Assembly (NCBI GenBank): GCA_015680685.1
Contig: MNCI01003443.1
Location: forward strand, 178,267-242,266
Reading direction: 5' to 3'
Length of the DNA: 64,000 nt
From: Gnetum montanum
Taxonomy: Eukaryota; Plantae; Gnetophyta
In this document: piece after piece, positions 13,445 to 25,800 of the stretch
Numbering within the stretch: position 1 is the first letter of the stretch
Layout of the letters: each line of letters starts with the position of its first letter
The notes under the pieces: model-generated
Database searches by the model: none
Told to the model about the DNA's origin: nothing
Seen by the model: the letters and a program-made list of their open reading frames with translations, nothing else
Program-made: the position numbers and the translations under genes

Positions 13445-13508
13445 AGGCGAGGAGTTCAAAGATTCGAGTCCCATCCAGGCGAGGAGTTCAAAGATTCGAG
13501 TCCCATCC
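13445..13508 (+). repeat. Perfect 32-bp tandem duplication
   Basis: AGGCGAGGAGTTCAAAGATTCGAGTCCCATCC x2. Confidence 0.9.
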
Positions 13509-13689
13509 AGTCCCAGTGGCTCCATCTATGTGGTGCTCCTTCCGCGCGGCGCGAGGTTGATGAGCAGGTTCTGAAAGAAAGTTATTCGGTGCTGCTCCAG
13601 GACGAACAGTAGAGGCAATGTTCAGTATTGGCTCTCACTATCGATCGGATGGAGGGAACCGCGGCAGGACGAGCAACCCTCGTTGTGTC

Positions 13690-14352
13690 CGGGGCGCCCA
13701 AAGCAAAGTCTGAGGCGTCCGTCTGCACTTCAAAAGGCTTCGCCAAGTCAGGTAAAGCTAGAACAGGGTCTTGCATCACTGCTCGCTTCAAGTCTTCCGC
13801 GTCTTGGCATTCAGGGTAACTCGGGGAAAAGTTCCCCGCTAAAGCCCTTGTCCAAGACCAAGGTTGTTCCTTCTTCAATAAGTCTGTCAGTGGTGCGGCC
13901 CTCCTCTGATCGTAGACCACCCTCGAACAATCTCCGATAGTAGTTCACGAGCCCAAGGAATGAGCGCAGCTCACTCACATTTGTTGGGGGATGCCACTCG
14001 TGGATTTCTTACAGAACCTTGTCCATATCCATCCGGATCTGTCCACCACCGACTTGATGTCCAAGGAACATGATGCGCTCCTGCGCGCGCTTTGTTGCCC
14101 TCTTTCTTAACATAGAGATGGTTCTCCTGTAGCCTGCGTAGCACCAGCCTTAAATGCTCAACGTGCTCCTCAAGTGTCGAGCTATACACTACTATATCAT
14201 CCAAGTAGACTACCACGAACTTGTCGAGGTAGTCGTGAAAGGTCTGAATCATTAGCGTGCAAAACGTGGCTGGCGCATTAGTCAGCCCAAACGGCATGAC
14301 CAACAACTCAAAGGCACCATACCGGGTAACACATGTAGTCTTCGGCTCGTTC
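13690..14352 (-). pseudogene. Chromovirus-type gypsy RT / RNase H fragment inside the insert
   Basis: [28 protein letters not shown]...[12 protein letters not shown]...PFEVQTDASDFALG, with frameshifts and small insertions. Confidence 0.93.
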
Positions 14353-15420
14353 CCTTTTTGATTTGTTGTTCGTGAATCTATCTTCACCTTTCTTTACATC
14401 ACCTTCTCAATACTACAATAGTGTAGTACTAACTACTTTATCTCTTTCTCTAGTAAACAATGCATGGAAGCTGGGTTTCGACACATGATCTACCAACAGC
14501 ATTAGGTTACAAGAAATATCGTATATGATCACAGAGCGACAAGCGGTATGACACTCATATCTTATCTTTCCTGTGCTTTAGTGTTTCGATAGATGGGAGC
14601 TGTCAAGATCGATTCAGGTCTGGAATAGCAGGTAAGGGAGAGCGCTATGTTGATTCTTAGTGGTCATCGGAACAGGAAACATTAAGCCAAAAAGTCTAGT
14701 GCGGTAGGTTCAGAATAGAAAGTACTTTGTTGGGAATGGCGAGTAGTATTGGTTAGTTTAGGCAATCCGACCTCTTCCCCCAGTAAGGTGTAGACCGAAA
14801 TTGATCTACTTCCTTCTATCTATGAGATTGTTAGGCAGATGGATTCACCAAGCGCAGACCCGCGCCACCAGCAGCACAAAAGAGCGGCGTACAAGCGGAA
14901 CAAGACCAGACTGANACGAGTTTCCTTTTGACGGGAAACCTCTGTCTCTTGTCTCTTTCTTTGGGTGGTAGTACTAGCTATAAGAAACAAACAAGCAAAA
15001 ACCCATTAAATGAAATTCAATTAAAGAGTCTGGTCTGGTCTGGTCTGGTCTGGAGAAATCAAATCATTCAACATTTTCCTGTAGTGTTAGCACGATGGGA
15101 CGCAAGACCCAATCAGGTTTATGGCCTTGCATGAAGTCTATTAGAACTACTCATACTCAAAACCAGTAATAGAAAAGCGGCTTTCATGTGTCTATGCATA
15201 ACAACAAGTATACCATAACAACACCCAAAAATCCAGTCTTAGTGGACGCAAAGCCGGTAAAACCGGTCTCAAGGGTAAGCACCGTGCTCCAACCATCCTA
15301 CACCCTCACCCCTCATACCCGGTCTCACGGTACCGAGTCCTACGATCCCCACTCACCCCTAACACCGGTCTTGTGGGTCCTACCTTACTAATGATCCTTC
15401 TTTGGTACTACCTTACTGGT

Positions 15421-15666
15421 TAGCACTTGGAGGTCCTCGGAGATAGACTATGCTCATCATTGGTTAGCTCTTAGAGGTAAAAATGAAGCGATGTGGAAGA
15501 TAATCAAGCTACAATTGTAGATAGATATACTTGCCTAGAAAAACCAAGACTAGAAGAATTATAGCACTAATGTGTACTAGTGGGGATAGACTCAAAAGAA
15601 CCACAAGCACCAATACAAGTGCAAGTGTGATGTGTACCTTCGATGATACAAGGAGGAGTTTGTTGA
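15421..15666 (+). repeat. 246-bp direct repeat, right copy
   Basis: Identical by eye to 11928-12173. Confidence 0.95.
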
Positions 15667-16369
15667 GGTGATTGGTGGGAGATAGGCTTATGAGTTGTTC
15701 ACTTACCATACAGTGGTGAGTGGCTATCCTAAGTGGAAAATCACCACCCCTTAGGGAGAGGCTTATTCTATAACCTTTTCCATGGAGAAACCTACATGAA
15801 TCATTATTGACAAAGGCAAGACCCTTGTAGGAATTGACTTTAGCCAGGAGGATTGCATGTAACATTTAGAGGCCAAGATCCTCTAACACTTGGAGGATGG
15901 ACTTGACAAGTTACCTCTAGATGATGCTGATGTGAGACCCTCAGAGATTATCTTTTTTTTTTCTTTTTCATGTGTTTTATGTTAGCTTGTGTACAAGTTT
16001 TGCTTATTGACTATTCATTTTTGTTGTAATTGTGGCAATAGGCACCAAGAGACGTTGTAGGCCCTAGCGATGTGGTGGGGGAAGATGGACCTCCTCCATT
16101 AACTTGTACCACTAGTTGAGCATGTCCTAATGTGGCCCTGCTGTAGGGCATTTTTTGCACTTTTATTGTTATTTTTTTGCTCATGCGGCTCATGCCATGT
16201 ACTATTATTCATGTGATGTCCAATGCATGTGTTTGCTATATGTCTAATGTGTAATGTGCAAACTTTTTCTAGTGTTTTATTCTATTTTTATTTTATGCCT
16301 ACTATGTTTGTAATGCAGTGCTTGTAATGTGATGGATTATTTGGTGATAATGTAACTAGGCCATTACAA

Positions 16370-16500
16370 GCCCCATGCTAGTTTAGGGCCATAGTTAGAG
16401 GGCCAATGCTAGTTTAAGATCATTTCGAGCCATGGAGTGCTAATTTGAGGCCAGGGTGAGCCATGCATTGCTAGTTTAAGGCCATGGAAGGCTGTGCAAT
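16370..16500. repeat. Second GCTAGTTTAA array
   Basis: Core at ~16377, 16408, 16439, 16470; same orientation as 2900-3225. Confidence 0.7.
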
Positions 16501-16763
16501 GCTATTTCTCTTTTTGTGATTTTGGCTTTTTTTCTAATTTTTATACATTTTTATGTTTCTCATGAGTAAGCTAAAAATTACTGAGGGGAAAAATAAATGA
16601 GTAATTGTGTAAACTAAGGAAAATTCATAAACAAAGCAAATAAACATGCAAAAAAGTGGACAATGTGCAATCTAAGTAATAAAGCTAAGTATAAATGTGT
16701 AGACTAATGCAATACAAGAAAAAAAATGAAATACAAATGTACAAGCAAAGGATAGATAGGCAC

Positions 16764-19700
16764 CTAGTGTGTATTGGACTATGGAGATTCCTTAGTCACG
16801 CAGTTGCTTCCTAACCCACTGTAGGTTAAGGGGCACGTAGGGCCTCCCCTTGATCTTCATTGGCTATGTCAAAGGAAAATTTCATCCACAAAGTGTCCTT
16901 TGAGGGGTTGTTGGCTTTCTCTATTTGTTCAAGTGGGTTTGCCTCACATGTTTCACCATTGTCCTTTACTATGAATGCATCACTAAGGAACTCCACCTCT
17001 AATCCTTTCTCTATGTCAATGTTGTTGATGGCTAGAGGAACAACATTGTCATAGTGTATAATGACCTTACCACCTTCATATGGAAGGTGGATTTCCTAGT
17101 GGATGGGAGAGGAAACAACTTGTAATTGGGCCAACCAAGGCCTACCCAAGATTAAGTTGAAGCCTAGCAATCTCCTTTATAATATGAACTCAATAGTTGT
17201 GGGAATTCCTCCCCTGCCATGAAAGCTATCGTGACAATCCATCTAACAACAACACATCATCTATTGAAGGATTTTAGACATGTTATTATTATTATTTTGA
17301 TCTATTTAGTGAGGCCTAATTTTTCAATGATGGTATATGGGATGACATTTTTTGCCGCCCCATCATCAACATGCACCTTGTATATTTTTCACTACCCAAC
17401 ATGTATCATGATAAACATGGACATTGTAATATCTTGACCCTTCTTAGGATCAACCTTGATTTCCTTGTCATGAAATGCCAGTGGTGTTGAGCTGGATTCC
17501 TGTGGTATACAAGGAAACATCACAGCATGGATGGAGTGTTCATAAGCTAGGATGTCCTCCTTGACAAGAATGGAGCTCAACATGTGGACTATCACTTCAT
17601 GATGAGTAGAGGAGGTCATAATGAGGTTGTACAGCCTTAGCATCATGTTTTTTTTATTCAAGGCTTACTTCACCTAGGCAAATGCATCTATGAATTCTTT
17701 GCCATTGTTTGTCATTTTTTTGGCCTTGACCTCCTTCATATTCCCTAGGAGATAGATTTCTCATGGAGGAGATCTAAGCTTGGTCTACCTGGCCTATTTG
17801 GAAGCCTCAGTGCTTGATTGTCACTTGCTAGTAGTGGCCTCTTCAATTGATTTGGCCATGGTAACTATCGATAAGGGGACTATTTTGGGTGGGCCTAGCG
17901 CTCTCTACCCATTAGGCCTCATGGCTTGCCCTCTAGATTGCCTATTGGCATTACCTGTATTCACCCTTGGACAAGAAGGGGCTAATATATTATCTATCAC
18001 TAGACTTTGGGTAGGGGAAGAACTAGCATGCTATGATATCCTAACAAAAAAAGGTGATTGGGCTATTGCTACTTCAACATGTTATGGAATCCTAACCATA
18101 AAAGATGTTGTGGGTGCCTAAGGTGGCACTCTGATGATAAAAGGAAACCTCAAACTCATGGGGGTCGAGGGGGCCCCTACACTACTAGAGGGCATGTAGA
18201 CCACAAATGGCCATTACACCTATTCTGGGTTATCATCAATGCTAATGGTCTTGATGACATACCCTACATCATTTGCATTGAGAGGATCATTGTATGCCCT
18301 CATTGATTGATTTTGTGGATGGACTGGATTAGTGGCATCGAGCACCAACTCACCCCTATTAATCATAAGTTTCAAGTCATCCTGTAGGGCCATGCAAAAG
18401 TCAATGTTGTGGCTAGACAACTGATGATAGTGGCAAAATCAGTCTAGCCTAAAGTTCTTAGGGATTTCTTAGGAGCTCTTAGTACCTATCATGCCTCTTG
18501 AGAGCATCCTTAGATATCTGTTTGTACTAGATCCATCTAGCCTTGAGTAGTTGGTCCAAGATCTTTGATGATTTCAAGGGTAGTTGCATGTACTTTGAGT
18601 GATTCTTGCACTCAAAGTTGGGCTAGATAATACAAATTTGACTTAATAAATTCATTCAATACATCCTTGAAGATTTCTAGTAGGTGTGTTTTAGCAATTG
18701 GCTCATGGAATTCATTGAACAATGTGCTTCAACATTGGATAAACTTCTACACGAGCTCTAGATGGCCCTGCTTAATCTACGTCAACTGGTCAAGTGTAGT
18801 TTCAAACTTCAAGTTATACTTGAAGCATGTGACAAATTGGCTAAGTAGGTCCTCTAGAGAGGATATTGAGGCCTTAGGCAATTCTTGGTACCAATCAAGT
18901 GCCTTATTGATTAAGGACATGACGAACATATGTATAATGGCATGTGGCGATGCTTGCAGTAGAAGGCACTTAGATCAAAAGGTCACTAGGTGTGTGTTAG
19001 GATTCTCTTCACCATTGTACTTAGTCAAATGAGGAAGCAAGATCCCCGTTGGAAGAGTTAATGGTAGAATAGCAGGACTTATGGGATTGTCCTGATAGAA
19101 GTCCATCACATGGACTATTGTAGAGGAAGTGGCCTTGAGCCACTTAACCTCTTTAGTTAAAGTTTGGATCATTTGGAATGCTTGATCAAAGCTTTGAGAT
19201 GCAACAATGGGCTATGCCAATTGTGTTACTTGTGTTGGTTGGGTGGCCCATGACCTAGCTATGGATTGTGGGATCACACATGATGCTTGCTATGTAGGCT
19301 GAGTTATGGGTATAGTGATCGCGGTAAACCATGGATGCATGGTCTGGGCCACTAATAATGGTTAAGATGAGATGGATAAGATGTAAGACACCCAAGTCAT
19401 CTGAGGATAAGGGATATGCATAGTGTGCATCTAGGGCTATGCAAGCATGATGGTTGCAATTGTATCACAAAGGGTACATTAAAGGGAGGCACTACGTCTT
19501 GACATGTGTAGTGCATTTGGTGGGTTGTCACCATAGTTGTTGACCTAGGAGGTGATACTGGGGCTATAATAGTTTCTAGGAAGATAGGTGGACAAGATTG
19601 TGGAGGAATGAAAATGGGGGTTATCCATGGAAAGGAGGTATGAAATGAGTCATCATGCTCAGAATAAGCTTTGAACTCATCCTACTCTTCTTGCAGGGGT

Positions 19701-19818
19701 TCCTCATAATTAGTTTTGGCATCATGCTTACTAGCTTGGATGAGCTAGGTGAGCATCGACTGATAAGGTTTGGTGAGTGGGATGAAGTTAATAAGAGAAG
19801 TGACATACTCCCAGCCAT
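16764..19818 (-). pseudogene. gag-protease (Tat element)
   Basis: LTKYNGEENPNTHL, ALDWYQEL (gag); CHYHQLSSHNIDFC knuckle ~18390-18435; KVHVDDGAAKNVIP and FNLILGRPWL (protease) ~17130-17390. Confidence 0.88.
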
Positions 19819-19934
19819 TTCTAAATGGCTAAGTCCCTAGACTACGCTCTCTACACTAAAAGCCAACTACGCTCTCCACTGAGAGCACCCAAAATTAGCT
19901 AAGTGTTAGAAGGAATGCTTTGGGGTTTCTATGC

Positions 19935-19952
19935 AAGGTTCTAGGGAAACCA
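19935..19952 (-). promoter_or_regulatory. Candidate primer binding site of Tat element
   Basis: Minus strand ...CCCCATCA-T-TGGTTTCCCTAGAACCTT; same CA-n-TGG layout as the other elements; tRNA not identified. Confidence 0.4.
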
Positions 19953-19953
19953 A

Positions 19954-21951
19954 TGATGGGGTCTAGTCTACACCAATCGGTTTGTAGATAATGCTTGCAT
20001 TGGCCTAAGATCTAGATACCACACAGGGTAGGTCCACAAGGGTGTTAGGTCTATGCTAGCCTAAAGCTAGAAATGGTGGAGTAGAGAGCATGTAAGGAAA
20101 TGACCAAGGAAGTCAGAAAGAAGGAAATAGATTTGGCCCTTGTTCTAGCACTAGAAAACTATAGTAATTGAAAACATTGGTGATTGAAATGGAAAAACTC
20201 AGAGGTCATAGGTGCATAACTTTGATCATGTGTCCACATGAGGGCTTGTTAGAGGCAAAGATAATGTGCCTCGAATGATCTTATTAATTGAATAGGAACT
20301 TATGCAGTGCAATGCTGTAACGATGCTAAGTGTTTGTGTGGTGTTTGTGGTGTCAACAGTGGCATGCATAGTTACTGAAAACAAAAGTGTCAATGCATGG
20401 TTATGGGTAAAAATTGTGAAAAATGTATGCAAAATGACAGAATATGAATAAAATGATAAAAATTACACAAGGAGAGAGTGAGAGAGAGAGCAACACCACC
20501 TCAAATAGGATTGAGTATAGTTAACCTCAAAAGGGATGAGGAGGTATGCGGTGTATAGCAAGTGTAGTAGATAGTGTAGTCATAGCCTTGAGGTGTCTTG
20601 GCCACATGGATGGATGTTCTACTATAGAGTCTATGCCTACTTGGCTGGCCATCGTGGGGTGTAGTGGACTACGGTCGGCTGTGGTGAACCACAATGATGT
20701 GCAAATACCCTCCCTTTCTTAGATGCCAAATGTGCTTCAAGAATGCCAAATGCCAAAATGCCAAGCTTTCTTCAAATTTTTCCAACCTCTAAAATGTAGA
20801 GGATAGGGGTATTTATAGGGCTAGGATTAGTGTAAAGTGCAAATTGGTTACCACATGATAGTGTGATGGTTGGAGCTACACTGCTCCCAACTATGCTCTC
20901 CACTGAAGCAAATGGTGTTATTCTCTAGTGTGCCTCAATGGATTTTGTGAGACTACCAGACTATGACTACATTGTCAACTACATGTTTGTGGGCCAAATA
21001 GACCATAATGTACCTAACAAAAATGCAAAAAATGCAAGTTTGAAGACTATGCCTAAGGACTATGCTGTCCACTATCTTAAGTGATGTTGAGCATAGTTAC
21101 AATTTTAGGACAAATGGGGATGCCAAAAAGATGCATGCTACTTGTCAAAGGTGTGTTGGAGCTGATATGGATGTTGGTGCTAAATTGTGAAGGCCTCTAG
21201 AGGTTGTTTGTCATTTCTATGCTTGACTACGCTTTGGATTGGGGGAGAGTATAGTACTAGACTTAGAAAAAATTTTGGGCCATGTGCTAACTATGCTCCA
21301 AGGAGGCTAACTACTCTTCCAACTAGGGTTAAGTGTAGTCCAAGTAGTTAGAGAAAGTTTTGTAGAAATCAAACTTCCAATTGACTACACTTGAATATGC
21401 TCTAGGATAGTGGAGAGTGTAGTTTCAACAATTAGAAAAAAATGCAAAAAATTGAGCCTTCTGTGCTGATTACACTTGACTATGCTCCTAGGTAGTGGGG
21501 AGCGTAGTCTCAACACTTAGAAAATCTATCAAACTATTTCTTCCATGCCAACTAGGCTTGACTACACTCTAGTTCAATGGAGAGCATAGTCTTTGTAAAA
21601 CTATTTCTTCCATATCAGCCAGGCTCTGCAATTTTTGGCTTGACACTTAGAAAAATTTTTAAAATTGGCCTCTGGTGTTGACTACACTCTCTATTAAGCT
21701 AACTATGCTCCCATATAGTGGAGAGCGTAGTCCCAACACTTAAAAAAATTTGTAGATTCTTGCTTCATGTTAACACTTAGGCAAAATTGCACAAAATCTA
21801 TCTTTGGAGCTAACTACGCTCTCCACTGGGCTAACTACACTCCAGTGTGTAGTGTAGAGTGTAGTCCTACCACTTCAAAATATTTTCCTCATATTGATAC
21901 TTCAAAACATTTGTAGTTAATATGTAGTGGTTGAAATTTGGTGGTTCTTCA
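19954..21951 (-). repeat. 5' LTR of Tat element (~2 kb; left edge tentative)
   Basis: Right edge set by homology to 1256; left edge inferred only from the candidate PBS and TGA...TCA ends. Confidence 0.7.
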
Positions 21952-22859
21952 ATTTCTTTTAGAGAAGAAAAGAGAAGTAGAAAGTGAGAAAGGGCCTTCA
22001 TTAGAGGGGACCTTTAAGCATGGATAGCATGGCTTTCTAGTCTCATAACCAATGCTTGTAGCCTGTTTATTGTGTCTAAGGGGTGTGTTTTAAATTCGCA
22101 TCATTTTTTTATCTTCTTTATGGATTTTTGGACGGGAACCACACCATGCAAAGACTTATTCAACTTTTTGTTATTCATCAACATGGAATGTTAAGAGATC
22201 CATGAAAAACACACTTGCACTCAAAATGGTAGAAGGTACAACAAGATTTGAATCCCCTTGAAGTCACATCCTTTTCAAACCTTTGAATACTTCCCAAGTC
22301 TAGAAACCACCAAGGTCACAAGTTCATTAAGGTTTTACCAATGAAAAGGAACCTCATGTTTCCAAAACAAGGAAAATCATAGAGTTTGTGGATGGGTGGA
22401 TGATGTGGACTCACTACCTATTCCATGAAAAAGAAACTTTTTTGTAGTTATCAATCATCAAAATTCAAAAATAAAAACTAGACATTAGCAATCAAAAACA
22501 TTAAGTATAAATCACCATTAGCAAACAACTATAACATCACTATCTTATTATCAATAAGGAACTTTATTAGTAGAAATCATGAGAAAATCATACCAAAATA
22601 GAATACAATTTACAAAAAATTGTAAAATATTTAAGAAGGATAAATGTACTATTGATGTTGTAAAATAAAAATTGGAAAAATTAATAAAGAAAAATAAAAA
22701 GGTGTAAGATAAAGAAAGTATAAAACAAAAAGTTGTAAAAATAACAAAGTGTAAAACAAAAAATGTGAAAAAAAGATGAAAAAATAAAGAACCACTATAA
22801 TGGTTAGCATGGATGGCCATCTTTCCCAAGACTAAGTTGTAAGAAGAAGATCTAAAAAA

Positions 22860-25800
22860 TTAAGCATGGTTGTTCATCTGATAAGGCATTTGTTGCACTG
22901 GCTTTCTTAGGTTCATGGAAAGGTTTTACTTGTTACATGTAAAATAGCTACTTTTTGTTTGGGCTCTTAGGTTTGTAAATTAACATGACCCTAGAAGAAA
23001 AGGTTTTGTAGATAATATAAGGCTCATTTCACAATGTTTGAAACTTTATCTTTCGAGGTATATGTGTGGGGTTCTAGTAGAGGATCTTTTCTCTAGGTTG
23101 ACATTTTACTTTTCGTATTCTAAGTTCATGGTGTTTTTGTTGAATGCCTTGTGCATTTCATTCAAGGATAGGGCTACCAATCAATTTTCATCTATCACAT
23201 CAGGTTAATTAATCTTTCTTTTTGTGCTAGGCTAAGGTCAAGATCCAAGTCATAGGTTATTGAAAGTGTATGAAGCTCAAATTGGATAGGTAGAGTTGGT
23301 AATTTTCCATACACCAACTCATAGGGAAGTTTCCATGTTGAGCAGTATGGCTAGATGACATCTTTTAGTTTTTTACTCTAGTATCTCCTATATTTTCTAG
23401 TAGTTCTCATCAAATTTTCGTGATCTCCCTATTAGTAACTTCTACTTGACCATTGACTTGGGGGTGGTAGGGTGTTGTTAGTTTATGTTCAACCCCCAAG
23501 CATTACATAAGCTTGCAAAAGGTAGTGCCTGTAAAATGGGTTCCATTATTAGAAATCAATGCACGTGGCATCCCAAATTTGTTTATGACATTTTATTGTA
23601 CAAATTGCGTAGTAGTAGATGATGTATAGTTAATGAAGGTTGTTGCTTCTGCTCATTTTGTGCAATAATCAATGACAATGATTATGTACATCTTTCCATT
23701 TTTGACATGGATGTGATGGGACCCATGAAGTTGATGCCATAGATGTCAAAGGGTTCCAATGCTTGAATCCACTATTGAGATCTCTCCATTCAAGTGGTCA
23801 TCCCACCATCTCGTTGATACCATTCACAAAAGCAAAAAAATTAGTGGGTGTCCCTAAAGATGGTTGGCCAATAATGCCTTGCCTTTAGGAACTTAATGGT
23901 TGTGTATCTCCCAACATAGTGGCCCCCACAAGGACCCTCATGAGAATTTTCAAAAACATGTATTTTATCAACATTAGGTAGATACCAATGAACCAAGCCA
24001 TTGGCACACACCTTGTAAAGGTATATGTTGATTTCCATAAACTGTTTGGCCTAATGAAGAAACTGTTGTTTCTTCCTATAGTCTAGATCTTATGACATAT
24101 TGTAAGTGAGAAAATAAGTAAGGATTTCATCATGCCATTTTGGTGCATTAGGCACTTGTTCATTTATTGCACTTGTAAAGAGGAGTTTATTAGGAAATTT
24201 GTCAAAGAGCAAGCTCTCCTTATCTTTGTCATCCCATCATAACCAAGGCAAGTGATCAATGATCACATTCTTAGTTCTCTTTTGACCTACCATTGTAAGA
24301 TCATCAACCACTATATGATACAGGGGCTCATCATTGGTTTGTTCATGAGGAAGTGAATGACACTATTGTCAATGTGCACAAACACTTTGTATCTAAGAAC
24401 ATAGTGCTTAAAATTTTATAGAGAATACACCACTACCATTAGTTCTTTCTTTGTTGTGATGTAATTCATCTATGCACCCACAATGCTTCAGCTTGCATAA
24501 TAGATTTATTCTAGATGTTTCTTGTTATCCAACTACATGAGCATAGCTCCCAAGGCATACCTTGATGTGTTTGTCATTATATGAAATGGTATAGACTAGT
24601 CAAGTGCTTGAAGAATTGGAGTTACATTTCTTGGTCTAGATGAATGAAGGATCTTTCTTTGTAAGCTTGACCAATATTTTTGCGATCTTATAGAAATTCT
24701 CTATAAAACACTAGTAGTAGCTAGTGTGTCCAAGGAATGATCAAATATCTTTAATGATTTTTGGTTGACTAGTTATTCCTTGGATGACCCTTATCTTTTT
24801 AGGGTCCACCTCAATCCCTACTTGAGAAATTCTATGCCCTAGTATAATGCTCTCCTTGACCATTAGATGGCTCTTCTACTAATTGCGTCAAAGATTCATC
24901 TCCAAATAACTTTTAAGCACTTGCTGAAGGTGATCCAAGGATTTCTCAAATGTGGCATCATAGGTGAAGAAGTCATCCATGACGACTTCTACCTCACTAC
25001 CAATTTGTTGCTGAAAAATGCTCAAGACCAAGCATTAGAATGTTGTAGGAGCATTGCACAGATCAAAAGGCATCTTTTGATATGCAAAATTCCCCAAGGA
25101 ACTTGTGAATGTTTTTTTGGCCTAAACCCTTGGTGCAATTTGGATTTGGTTATAGCCACTATAGCCATCTAAAAAGCTATAATAGTAATGCCTAGATATA
25201 GTGTCCAACACTTGATTCACAAATGGCAATGGAAAGTGTTCTTTGAATGTTGTCATATTTAACAGTTTGAAGTTGATGTAGACTCACCACTTGCCACCTC
25301 TCTTTGGCACAATCATGAATGGGATAACCCACTCACTATCTGCAATGGGATAGATAAACCCAACCTTGAGGAGTTTTTGAATTTTCTCTTTGATTATTTA
25401 CTTTAATTTGGGGTTCAACCACTATTGTAGTTACTTCTTTGGCTTCATGGCTGGATTAGAGTGGATATGATACTGGCATATCTTTGGATCAATCCCTATG
25501 AGTTTAGGATTGACTAAGAAAAGGTTGTTGGCCATTTGTTAACCACCATCAACAACATATATTTTTTTGTTTAGGAGAAAGATTGGCATTATTGATTACT
25601 AGCTTACCTTTTTTTAAAAATGCATACTTCATGTTGGTAGGTAGAGTTTTCAACTCTAAGGGCTTTTGTTCAAAATTTTTAGGGATTTCCAACTCTCCAA
25701 AATATGTATCATCATTTGCATCATTAGAGGCTTGGTAATGAACTTGCTTCAATTCATTCATGTCTTCAACATAGGTACATGTCAAGCTCTTAATAGCTTT

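Larger units (their letters stand above)
12174..15420. other. CpG-rich foreign insert, probably mitochondrial DNA (NUMT)
   Basis: Abrupt switch to CpG-rich, undeaminated sequence; mosaic of intergenic-like DNA, small hairpins, (TCTGG)n and a scrambled RT fragment. No core mitochondrial gene was recognised. Contains an N at 14915. Confidence 0.65.
7200..16146 (+). pseudogene. Antisense multi-exon accessory gene (PMD/Transposase_32-like domain, acidic linker, coiled-coil), interrupted by 12174-15666
   Basis: Longest ORF in the window (9824-10543) has LFVLPTNG...RYNWVAYITFCL. Plus-strand GT-AG introns at 9844-9938 and 10998-11106 have GCTAAC/GCTAAT branch points; further decayed introns lie at ~11335, ~11564 and ~15950-16041. 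The 5' extent is uncertain. Confidence 0.6.
6744..16763 (-). other. Predicted spliceosomal intron between protease and RT
   Basis: Minus-strand donor CTAG|GTGCCT at 16763 followed by a T-rich tract; branch point CTTAAC and TTTGTTTTGCAG| acceptor at 6744 directly before RT-proximal coding sequence. Confidence 0.65.
1..21951 (-). mobile_element. Ty3/gypsy LTR retrotransposon, Tat (Ogre/Retand-like) lineage, decayed; 3' LTR truncated by window start
   Basis: 1-1256 and ~20657-21951 are direct repeats (10 differences in a 60-nt sample), both ending ...TTTGGTGGT(A/T)(T/C)TTCA. Minus-strand order is gag-PR-[large gap]-RT-RH-aRH-INT-PPT. Confidence 0.92.

Noticed and set aside
13445-13508. TTCGAGTCCC as a tRNA gene
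   Set aside because: No cloverleaf; just a tandem duplication
14915-14985. 69-bp repeat as a biological recombination repeat
   Set aside because: The second copy starts at an N; it cannot be separated from a scaffolding effect
22551-22829. F/L/I-rich short ORFs (also 38428-38667, 53207-53714, 62732-62953)
   Set aside because: Translations of low-complexity A/T-rich or (TA)n DNA
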